Shown here one piece after another: positions 42,801-50,054 of a stretch of DNA of 64,000 nucleotides. The stretch is from contig UQTV01000006.1 of NCBI GenBank assembly GCA_900544095.1, positions 32,184 to 96,183 of the forward strand, in the 5' to 3' direction. The stretch is from an uncultured Collinsella sp. (GTDB lineage Bacteria; Actinomycetota; Coriobacteriia; Coriobacteriales; Coriobacteriaceae). The notes below the pieces were generated by a model, which saw only the letters and a list, made by a program, of their open reading frames with translations, was not told the origin of the DNA and ran no database searches. The stretch's first letter is position 1. The number at the start of each line of letters is the position of its first letter. The translations under genes and the position numbers were made by a program.

Positions 42801-45800
42801 AAAGGTCGATGGTGCTACCTCCTACGACCTTAAGGTCGACGGCACTGTGTTTGCCGTGGGTGATGCGGCCGAGTTCACGCACACCGACCTCGCCTACAAT
42901 AGCAAGCACACCTACCAGATTCGTTCGCGCAACGCCGAGGGTTACTCCGCCTGGAGCGATGTGCTCGAGGCGAACTCCGCACTCGATCCGTGGCGGAACG
43001 TCCCCGACGCCGAGCAAATCACCTGGGAGGGCTCACTTTACGGCAGCCATAAGGCCGAGCTCGCCTTCGACCATGAGTTCCAGTCGGGCGACGGCGGTTT
43101 CCACTCCGGTGGCAACGATCTGGGCAAGGCGCTTACCGTTGACTATGGACGCGCTTACAAGCTCGATAAGCTCGAGTACTATCCGCGCGATGACGCCGGC
43201 AACGGCACTGTGACCAAGATGCGTGTTGAGACGAGTCTCGATGGCGTCCACTGGACGAGCCAGGAGGTCGATTGGGCACGTTCCGCTGATTGTAAGACGG
43301 TAGCGTTTGACGGCACCGTGGCCGCCCGTTACGTGCGCATGACACCGCTCGCCTCGGTCGGCAATTTCTTCTCCGCGTCCGAGATTGCCATCTACAAGAC
43401 CGACGGCACGGATGGCTTCGCCGTGGGCTCCAACCTCAACAAGGCCACGATCTCCGACGGAGACTACTCCAACATGAAGAACTACCTGGGCCTCGAGAAT
43501 CGCGAGCCCGATACCCCGACGTTCGGTTCGCAGATCCGCGACCACTTCGCCGACCTCAACGATAACGGCGTTTACGACGTCTACGATTACTCGTTCACCA
43601 TGGCAGGTCTTGACGGTGGCACTAAACAAAAGGGCAAGGTCGCAGGTTCGCTCGCGGTGATACCGAGCAAGACCGAGGTCGAGGCTGGTGATGAGATCAC
43701 CGTTGATGTCTATGCGGCCGACGCCAAGAACGTCAACGCCCTGGGCGCTCTCGTCAACTTCAAGAGCGACCAGTTCGAGTTTGTGTCCGAGAGCATCGCG
43801 CAGGACGGCTCGACTGCCGGCATGGAGAACCTGTCTCGCGAGAAGGTCCAGTTCGCGGACAGAACGCAGACTATCAATCTCGCCTTTGCCAACCGCGGCG
43901 ATGGCAAGCTCTACAACGGTACCGGCGCGGTGGCGAGTTTCAAGCTCAAGGCCAAGACCGCCGGCAAGGTCGAACTGCCCTCGACATCTTGGCTCATCGG
44001 TCCGGCATGCGACGCGCTTGAGTTTGCGAGCGACGGCACGGTGACGATGCCGGATGTTCCTCAGCCAACGGTCGCCGAGTACGGTCAGGATGCCTTCAAC
44101 ATCACGATGACCAACGATGAGCTCACGACCGACGACGGGACCAACGTCGAGAAACTTATCCAGCAGAAGAGCTATAACGCGCTGTTCGATAATAACGAGG
44201 GCGACAACGGCTTTGAGTTCCTATGGGACTGGAGCGGCAACTGGGACAGCGAGGGTAAGCTTCCGAGTTACGTGAAGCTTCCCACCACGATGACATTCGC
44301 ATTTAAGACGCCGTCGAAACTCGATAGTGTCGAGGTCGTTAACCGCAACGGTGGCAACGGAACCGTGCAGAAGATCAAGGCTGTCGTGACGTTCGAGGAT
44401 GGCTCGACCCAAGAGTTCGCGGGCGGGGAGTACGATTCCTTCCGGGCTCGCTACGCCTTTGGCCTCTCTGCCGAGAACAAGGGCAAGAAGGCGACCAAGG
44501 TCGAGGTCACGCCGCTTGAGGCATCGGGTGACCAGATGCTCACACTGCGTGAGGTCAACTTCAACTACACGCAGGGTGTCGAGGCCATCGAGGGTGTCGA
44601 GCTAGGCAAGAACCAGACCGAGTTCTTTGAAGGCGACATTACGCCCGTCGACGCCAAGGCTACGCCTGAGAGCGCTGGCTACCCCTATGTGACGGTCGAG
44701 AGCTCCGACCCCTCTGTGGTAAGCGTCTCCGCTGTTCAGGCTGGCGATAGCGTGAGCTACTACCTGCGTGCCAACAAGGCCGGCAAGGCAAAGATCACGG
44801 TGGCGTCGGTACTCGACCCCTCCAAGACCGCATCCTATGAGGTCGAGGTCAAGGCTGGTGTCGATACCTCTGCGCTCGTGGCAGCGCTTTCCAAGGCCGC
44901 GGGCTACAGCGAGTCCGTCTACACCAAGGATTCCTATGCAGCTCTCACCACTGCGGTCGAGGCGGCTCGGAAGCTCCTCGACAGCGGCCAGGGCAGCTAT
45001 AGCAAGAAGGATGTCGCAGACGCCACTGCCAAGATCGAGAAGGCAATCGACGGCCTCAAGATGCGCCCTGTCGATGAGAAGATCCTCATCAACACGCCCG
45101 AGAACCGCAAGAACGTCAAGGTGGCCGACTTCTCGAGTGAGGCCGACTACGAGGGCAGCAACGCCGTCAACGCTCTCGACGGCGACGAGCGGACGCTTTG
45201 GCACAGCGACTGGGCCCATGGGACCGGTATGCCCCAGTATCTGAGTGTCGACCTGGGCCGCGACTACGATCTCACCGACGTTACATTCCTGCCGCGCCAG
45301 GACGGCGGCACTAACGGCGATATCTTCGAGGCCGAGATACTGGTCTCCGACACTGCCGACGGTTATGAGATGGGCACCGCCGCGTCGATGGGTACGTTCG
45401 CCTTCGACAACGACGGCCGCGTGCTCACCGACCGTGGCGACTGGAAGCAGATGAGCTTTGGCGCCGCGCGCGGTCGCTACGTGACCGTCAAGGTGATTCA
45501 CGCCGGCGGTGGCGACGTTGATGCCTACTGCAGCATGGCGGAGCTCAAGTTCTACGGTACGGCCGTCCCCGATCCGGTGGCGAAGGATGATCTCGCTACC
45601 GCGATCGAAAAGGTTGATGCCGAGGTTGCTGCCGGCGACCTCAAGGCCGGTGACTACACCGAGGCCTCCTGGACGGCGCTCGAGAACGCCCTGGCGAGCG
45701 CCCGCGCCATCTTGAGCGATGAGGACGCCACGCAGGACGAGGTCGACCAGGCGCTCAGGGCGCTCGAGAGCGCCCGCGGCGCGCTCGAGAAGACCCCGGT

Positions 45801-46248
45801 GGTCCCGGTCGAGAATCCGACTAAGAAGCAGCTCAAGGCCCTGGTCAAGCAGGCGAAGGAGACTGACACCAGGGGCAAGACGGACGAGTCTGTCAAGGCC
45901 CTGACGGATGCCATTACCTACGCCGAGGACGTCTTGGGTGATGAGAATGCTTCCGACACCCAGCTCCAGGCGGCCTATGACCAGCTCAAGCTGGCCATTG
46001 AGAGCCTCAGGGATGCCGACTCCGGCAACCAGGGCGGCTCGGGCAACCAGGGTTCCGGCAATGGCTCGAACGGCGGCAACCAGGCGGGCAAGCCCGCAGG
46101 CGACAAGGCCCAGGGCAGCAAGAAGAACGGTTCGGCGATCCCCAATACCGGCGACCAGACGGCGGCGACCGTCGTGACCGTCGGTGGTCTCGGCGCCATC
46201 ATCGCCGCGATCGGCGCTTTCTTCCATCGTCGCAGCAAGGCCAAGTAG
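39835..46248 (+). CDS. cell-wall-anchored multidomain glycoside hydrolase with a GH31 catalytic module and FN3, two F5/8-type-C (CBM32-like), dockerin-like, cohesin-like, Big_2-like and FIVAR-like modules
   Basis: 2137 aa. The signal peptide ends QQAIA. GH31-type motifs are FFGGGTQNGRF, NPFYWTSDGYGVLRN, GWFLPNDGYGAGYG, TLKTDVAWVG and GIWTGDQ. FN3 is suggested by SIKLTWGKVDGATSYDL. Discoidin-like segments include KLEYYPRDDAGNGTV and VTFLPRQDGGTNGDI. DLNDNGVYDVYDY looks like a dockerin Ca-loop and VDVYAADAKNVNALGALVNF looks cohesin-like. The C-terminus has IPNTG, then a TM segment and RRSKAK. Domain calls were made by eye. Confidence 0.85.
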   Translation: MRRNSIFTKRWVKGSAVLVATAATLVFANPQQAIATPLKGVDSATVSQSASNVVDIDFADGIKGRITFLEDGIFRYNVDPKGEFSDYATPRSKSHTAKIQAQPDTSDTYSKPSATVADKGDTIEITGGKATVILDKATGKMSIKSGDRVVVSESASLDLDKKGTVQTLAKEKSENFFGGGTQNGRFLHTNQTIAISNTNNWTDGGVASPNPFYWTSDGYGVLRNTFAEGSYDFGSTDSSTVTTLHSENEFDAYYFVATNEGASNVATEMLQDYYKVTGNPVLLPEYGFYLGHLNAYNRDGWSTTSGQKKWETKGSKSSSEKGDVKYESGMSTGYKLDGTLAAETLNGEGPTVDTENMKATDFDRQFSARQVIDDYEDNDMPLGWFLPNDGYGAGYGQNGYYKTGGVNSDGASSADRLNAVRANVDNLKKFTEYANSKGVSTGLWTQSNLEPDSNPETPWHLLRDFDAEVKTGGITTLKTDVAWVGSGYSFGLNGIKTAYDTVTTGANKRPNIITLDGWAGTQRFGGIWTGDQYGGNWEYIRFHIPTYIGQSLSGNPNIGSDMDGIFGGDPIISARDYQWKTFTPSMLDMDGWGTYRKSPMTHGDPYTGISRFYLKLKAQLMPYIYTSAASAANIDTGNGDAGLPMIRAMLLSDNSEYAASTSTQYQYMFGENFLVAPVYQDTQADENGNDIRNGIYLPNYGTDENPTIWIDYFSGKQYRGGQVLNNYEAPLWKLPLFVKANAIVPMYAENNNPEAVSDTNTKGTDRSQRIVEFFATEGDGTFTQYEDDGSSIENNTTEDDSYGTIDNISYGEHVSTVYSSKAAGGTATFTAEASQGGYNGYDSNRTTTFVANVSAKPTSVVAKNGGSALNVVEVNSQETFDAATPEAGQAVYFYSKTPNLNHYGSDADGTEAEQGESFNNTKITTNPKVYVKFAKTDVAAAAQTLELGGFVNADATLTADRLNENLSAPTNLAAPEDVTTPTSIKLTWGKVDGATSYDLKVDGTVFAVGDAAEFTHTDLAYNSKHTYQIRSRNAEGYSAWSDVLEANSALDPWRNVPDAEQITWEGSLYGSHKAELAFDHEFQSGDGGFHSGGNDLGKALTVDYGRAYKLDKLEYYPRDDAGNGTVTKMRVETSLDGVHWTSQEVDWARSADCKTVAFDGTVAARYVRMTPLASVGNFFSASEIAIYKTDGTDGFAVGSNLNKATISDGDYSNMKNYLGLENREPDTPTFGSQIRDHFADLNDNGVYDVYDYSFTMAGLDGGTKQKGKVAGSLAVIPSKTEVEAGDEITVDVYAADAKNVNALGALVNFKSDQFEFVSESIAQDGSTAGMENLSREKVQFADRTQTINLAFANRGDGKLYNGTGAVASFKLKAKTAGKVELPSTSWLIGPACDALEFASDGTVTMPDVPQPTVAEYGQDAFNITMTNDELTTDDGTNVEKLIQQKSYNALFDNNEGDNGFEFLWDWSGNWDSEGKLPSYVKLPTTMTFAFKTPSKLDSVEVVNRNGGNGTVQKIKAVVTFEDGSTQEFAGGEYDSFRARYAFGLSAENKGKKATKVEVTPLEASGDQMLTLREVNFNYTQGVEAIEGVELGKNQTEFFEGDITPVDAKATPESAGYPYVTVESSDPSVVSVSAVQAGDSVSYYLRANKAGKAKITVASVLDPSKTASYEVEVKAGVDTSALVAALSKAAGYSESVYTKDSYAALTTAVEAARKLLDSGQGSYSKKDVADATAKIEKAIDGLKMRPVDEKILINTPENRKNVKVADFSSEADYEGSNAVNALDGDERTLWHSDWAHGTGMPQYLSVDLGRDYDLTDVTFLPRQDGGTNGDIFEAEILVSDTADGYEMGTAASMGTFAFDNDGRVLTDRGDWKQMSFGAARGRYVTVKVIHAGGGDVDAYCSMAELKFYGTAVPDPVAKDDLATAIEKVDAEVAAGDLKAGDYTEASWTALENALASARAILSDEDATQDEVDQALRALESARGALEKTPVVPVENPTKKQLKALVKQAKETDTRGKTDESVKALTDAITYAEDVLGDENASDTQLQAAYDQLKLAIESLRDADSGNQGGSGNQGSGNGSNGGNQAGKPAGDKAQGSKKNGSAIPNTGDQTAATVVTVGGLGAIIAAIGAFFHRRSKAK
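46138..46245 (+). other. cell-wall sorting signal (IPNTG motif, hydrophobic segment, basic tail)
   Basis: AIPNTGDQTAATVVTVGGLGAIIAAIGAFFHRRSKAK at the C-terminus of the GH31 protein. Confidence 0.8.
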
Positions 46249-46267
46249 CCCCAGCAACAGCTAAGCA

Positions 46268-46310
46268 AGCGTGCCCGCCGTCCCACCCAAGGACGGTGGG
46301 CATGCTTTTT
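46268..46310 (+). terminator. rho-independent terminator after the GH31 gene
   Basis: AGCGTGCCCGCCGTCC-loop-GGACGGTGGGCATGCT followed by TTTTT. Confidence 0.75.
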
Positions 46311-46459
46311 GAATGTAGGCGGAAAGCTCCGACCCTTCGGCCTTAATCTCGCAAAGCATTCCGTCTCTCACCGAACACATCGGCATCGGTGGCTATACTT
46401 GAATTATTTGCAGTTAAGGGTCGCGGATTCGCTGCGTCACCGCTCTCAACAGGAGGTCT

Positions 46460-46930
46460 ATGTTTATGGCAGATCAGAAGCCGGTTGTCGGGATCATCAT
46501 GGGTTCCAAGTCCGATCTGGGCGTTATGGAAGGCTGCACCGCCGAGCTCGAGGCACTGGGTGTGCCCTATGAGCTCGTCATTGCGAGCGCGCACCGCACG
46601 CCGGCGAAGGTCCACGAGTGGGCTTCGACTGCCGCCGATCGCGGTATCAAAGTGATTATCGCCGCCGCCGGCAAGGCCGCTCACTTGGGTGGTGTCGTGG
46701 CTGCCTTTACGCCGCTGCCGGTTATCGGCGTGCCTATGAAGACGAGTGACCTGGGCGGTATGGATTCGCTGCTGTCGATGGTGCAGATGCCTTCGGGCGT
46801 GCCCGTGGCCTGCGTTGCCATCAACGGTGCCAAGAACGCCGCCATCTATGCCACACAGATTCTGGGTGCTTGCGACCCCGAGTACCGCAAGGTTATCGAG
46901 AAGATGAAGCAGGAGATGGCTGACGCCTAA
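46460..46930 (+). CDS. purE: phosphoribosylaminoimidazole carboxylase catalytic subunit / N5-CAIR mutase (PurE)
   Basis: VGIIMGSKSDLGVM, SAHRTP, IIAAAGKAAHLGGVVAA and PVIGVP. RBS spacing suggests the start may be the second Met at 46466. Confidence 0.92.
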   Translation: MFMADQKPVVGIIMGSKSDLGVMEGCTAELEALGVPYELVIASAHRTPAKVHEWASTAADRGIKVIIAAAGKAAHLGGVVAAFTPLPVIGVPMKTSDLGGMDSLLSMVQMPSGVPVACVAINGAKNAAIYATQILGACDPEYRKVIEKMKQEMADA

Positions 46931-46965
46931 GCGTTCCGCCGTTTCACCGCAGTATAAGGAGAGCC

Positions 46966-47964
46966 ATGTCCGATTATCAGGGAAAACGATTCAAGGCTTC
47001 TCAGATTCCCGATCCGTCGAAGCCGGGTGCTGCCCGTGCGGCACAGCAGGGTCGGACATCCTCTCCTCAGCAGTCGCGCGCGCCGCGCCCCGTGACACCG
47101 GCGACGCATCGTCGACAGGACGCGCCGGCCGCATATCGTCCTTCGTCTTATAGCTCCGCTAAGAAGCCGCCCCGGTCTTCATCGCATGCCGCGCCGTCGG
47201 ATCGCACCGAGCCGCCGCGCAAAAAGCGCCACTCCATTATTCCCATTCTGCTCATCATCATCGGTATCGGTCTGATTGTCGCCGCCGCCGCTATTTTTAT
47301 TAATGCCCAGATTGGCTATAAGCAGGCGAGCGATTCGTATCAGAAAATCGAGAAGCAATATGTAAGCGATAAGGACGCCAGCGGCGTGCCGATTATCGAC
47401 TTTGATGCGCTTGCTCAGACGAACCCCGAGATTGTGGGTTGGATTTACGTGCCGGGAACCAACATCAACTATCCCGTGGTGCAGACCAACAACAACTCCA
47501 AATACCTCAACACGCTGTTCGATGGCACGTCTAACGCCTCGGGTGCCATCTTCTTGGATAGCGATGACACCGCGCCGGGAATGGTCGACCAGCAGACCAC
47601 GATCTACGGCCACCATATGAACGATGGGTCGATGTTCAACGTGATTTCGGATACGACTGACCAGGCAACGTTCGATAGCATTGAATATGTGTACTACATC
47701 ACGCGCGATGCGACGTATAAGTTGCGTCCGCTGGCGACCAAGGTGGTCGAGGACACGTATGCCAAGGCGCGCACGACCAATTTTGAGGGCGACGACGGAC
47801 TCAAGAACTACCTGTCCGAGATGCTCGACGGCGCTTCTGCCGTGGCGAGTGATGCCACCGATCGTGCCGCTTCGGCAACTAAGGTTGTAACGCTTGTGAC
47901 CTGTCGTTCGCTGTCGCTGAGCAACACACGCGCCGTCATGGTGCTCACGCCGGTCGAGGAATAA
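46966..47964 (+). CDS. srtB: class B sortase with a long disordered N-terminal cytoplasmic extension
   Basis: TM anchor, then NPEIVGWIYVPGTNINYPVVQTNNNSKYLN, GAIFLD, TIYGHHMNDGSMF and VTLVTC, which fit the SrtB pattern. Confidence 0.85.
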   Translation: MSDYQGKRFKASQIPDPSKPGAARAAQQGRTSSPQQSRAPRPVTPATHRRQDAPAAYRPSSYSSAKKPPRSSSHAAPSDRTEPPRKKRHSIIPILLIIIGIGLIVAAAAIFINAQIGYKQASDSYQKIEKQYVSDKDASGVPIIDFDALAQTNPEIVGWIYVPGTNINYPVVQTNNNSKYLNTLFDGTSNASGAIFLDSDDTAPGMVDQQTTIYGHHMNDGSMFNVISDTTDQATFDSIEYVYYITRDATYKLRPLATKVVEDTYAKARTTNFEGDDGLKNYLSEMLDGASAVASDATDRAASATKVVTLVTCRSLSLSNTRAVMVLTPVEE

Positions 47965-48028
47965 GTTGTTCGAGAGTAGCTAAAAAGGCCCCGTCCCAAA
48001 TTGGCTACTCGACGACGGTAAGGGAGAA

Positions 48029-48448
48029 ATGATGCTCGAGAGTGGCAAATTGATGCCTTCGATTGATGCTTGGCTGCGCGAGGCCAAGGCCGATGCTTCG
48101 GCGGCAGGCTGTGGGATGTATCTGACGCATAACGGTGTGGTGCGCGCGACGCCCAAGGCTGAGGTGCGCGGAGTCGAGACCGATGGCGTGGCGCCAGGCC
48201 ACAGGGTGGGCGGCATGGTCTTTGACTACGACGCCGAAAAGGTACGGTCTGCTATCGAGACTACGCGCGCGATGCCGGGTATCGGCTATGTGCGCGTGTG
48301 GCTGGCAAGCGGCGAGCTTACCGTAGGTGACGACATCATGCTCGTGCTTATCGGCGGGGACATTCGCCCACACGTGGTCGATGCACTGCAGGCGCTCGTT
48401 GGCACCATCAAGAACGAATGCGTGAGTGAGGTCGAGCGCGAGGCATAG
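48029..48448 (+). CDS. MoaE-like (molybdopterin synthase large-subunit fold) protein, orphan
   Basis: 139 aa. GMYLTHNGVVR, VWLASGELTVGDDIMLVLIGGDIRPHVVDALQALVGTIKNE resembles the MoaE core (HR.G.L..GE..V.V.V...HR..AF). No other Moco genes are in the window. Confidence 0.45.
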   Translation: MMLESGKLMPSIDAWLREAKADASAAGCGMYLTHNGVVRATPKAEVRGVETDGVAPGHRVGGMVFDYDAEKVRSAIETTRAMPGIGYVRVWLASGELTVGDDIMLVLIGGDIRPHVVDALQALVGTIKNECVSEVEREA

Positions 48449-48477
48449 AGGATTGCGTCGATAGAAGGATCGTTTAT

Positions 48478-48519
48478 AAAAATGCCCACCGGTACGTGTG
48501 ATACCGGCGGGCATTTTGC
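48478..48519. terminator. bidirectional terminator between convergent genes
   Basis: AATGCCCACCGGTA-CGTGTGA-TACCGGCGGGCATT is flanked by A-runs upstream and T-runs downstream. Confidence 0.75.
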
Positions 48520-48538
48520 GTTTTGGGCGCGGCGGGCG

Positions 48539-49768
48539 CTAAACGCGCGTGGCGTCCTTGGGGCTCATGGTCATGCTCTGGAAGCGGTTCTCCATGTAGT
48601 CGTTATCGAAATACTTGCCGTAGAACTGTGCGACGGGAATGTCCGGCTCCGTGCCGTTAACGCGCTGGTACCAGTAGTCGAGCGACTGCAGCGTCATGAC
48701 GCCGTCGACCAGCATAATGACGGTAAAGATGACGGTGGCCGAGTAGCGGCTCTTCCAGGGGATCTTGTTGATGAGCTTAAGCAGCCTCGGTAGCAGCAGC
48801 TTGATCCAGATGAGGCCACCTAGGCCCCACAGGCAGGCAAAGCCCGTGCAGGTGCGTCCGCCCGTGAGGACCACGAGCGGATCGGGCAAACCAAACAGCG
48901 TTATGTGCGAGTAGCTCCACGAGACCACGCCAAACGCGGTCTGCATAAACCAGCCCACGAACACCTCAAAGCTCGCGCCGAGCACAGCGCTCACCAGGAA
49001 AATGATGATGGGGTTCTTTTTGTAGAAGCGGTTAAGCACCATGGTCATGAGCACGGCGCCAAATCCGTAGATGGGGCTGAAAGGGCCAAACAGCATGCCG
49101 GCGCGGTCCTGGTAGACGCCCGGGTCGTTGACCGTCATGTGCCAGATGTCCTCCAAGATAAGTCCCAGTACGCAGCAGACGAAGAATACCCAGAACAGGT
49201 TGAAGTAGTTGAGCTTGATGTAGCCCTCGCCGGTCTCATCGCGGCCGAGCATGCCCTCGGCGGCGGCATCGCGGTCGAGCATCTCCTGCAGGCGGCGCTG
49301 CAGCTCGCGCTCCTGACGCAGCGTGGGGTCGACGGTGGCCGAAAGCGCGATGAGGATGCCGAGCTGAATAGCGGGGCGCAGCAAGAAGGGCCCGATACCC
49401 TGGAGCATCACGTCGACCAAAAGCTCGACGACGGTGAATGCAATAAGGATGTAGGACAGGCGGGCGGCGTTGCGGCGCTGGTTTTTGATAAGGTCCAGGC
49501 CAAAGATGATTAGGATGACGGCACTTGCCGCAGAGAGCATGATGCCGGCGACGATAAGGCCGACTGCGACGAGCGTGTTGTCGCCGAGCTTTTCGGTGGC
49601 GTTGCCGTTAACAAGTGCCGTGATGACCTGCCACATAAAGGCAGCGACCGACGGGAGCGTGCCCACGCCGGAAAGGATGCACAGGACGGCGTACACCTTA
49701 ATGATGAGGGGAATCTTCTTGACCTCTGTGGCGCTGGGGACGCTAGGGTCGAGTTCGTTTCGATCCAT
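48539..49768 (-). CDS. polytopic membrane protein with a C-terminal DUF1113 (putative ABC-transporter type IV) domain
   Basis: 409 aa. The C-terminal half (NLFWVFFVCCVLGLILEDIWH, FGPFSPIYGFGAVLM, SFEVFVGW, WSYS) fits the PF06541-type pattern as I recall it. Confidence 0.6.
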   Translation of the reverse strand: MDRNELDPSVPSATEVKKIPLIIKVYAVLCILSGVGTLPSVAAFMWQVITALVNGNATEKLGDNTLVAVGLIVAGIMLSAASAVILIIFGLDLIKNQRRNAARLSYILIAFTVVELLVDVMLQGIGPFLLRPAIQLGILIALSATVDPTLRQERELQRRLQEMLDRDAAAEGMLGRDETGEGYIKLNYFNLFWVFFVCCVLGLILEDIWHMTVNDPGVYQDRAGMLFGPFSPIYGFGAVLMTMVLNRFYKKNPIIIFLVSAVLGASFEVFVGWFMQTAFGVVSWSYSHITLFGLPDPLVVLTGGRTCTGFACLWGLGGLIWIKLLLPRLLKLINKIPWKSRYSATVIFTVIMLVDGVMTLQSLDYWYQRVNGTEPDIPVAQFYGKYFDNDYMENRFQSMTMSPKDATRV

Positions 49769-50054
49769 ACAGAACCTTTCTCGCTTTGTTGTAGGTTATA
49801 AGGATACGCCGCCGACCTGCCAAAAGACAGGACGAACGTCCCAATTGCAACTTTGTAATCCCCAACGGCAGACGCGGCGGCCATCTGGGGGCGCGGGCAC
49901 TTACACTGGACAGACCGATAAAATGTTTGGCAACAAAACTGATTATTAGCTCGGTGGGCTTTTAAAAAGCGCTGCTCATGCGCTGGGGAGCACGTCGCGC
50001 CGTGCGTATAATAAGGCGGGTAACGCCAAAAATACGAGGCTCTGAGGGGATACC

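Noticed and set aside
46311-46459. Possible ZTP (pfl) or other purine riboswitch upstream of purE, prompted by GGGTCGCGG...
   Set aside because: Only a short GGGTCG-like stretch is present. There is no CCGCCTGGGC-type 3' subdomain, and only about 60 nt lie between a plausible -10 box and the start codon, which is too short.
49769-50054. Possible guanine/purine riboswitch upstream of purF.
   Set aside because: The TATAAT near 50008 looks like a -10 box leaving a ~40-nt leader. I could not find the conserved purine-riboswitch junction and loop sequences. The upstream inverted repeats look like members of the GGGAC palindrome population instead.
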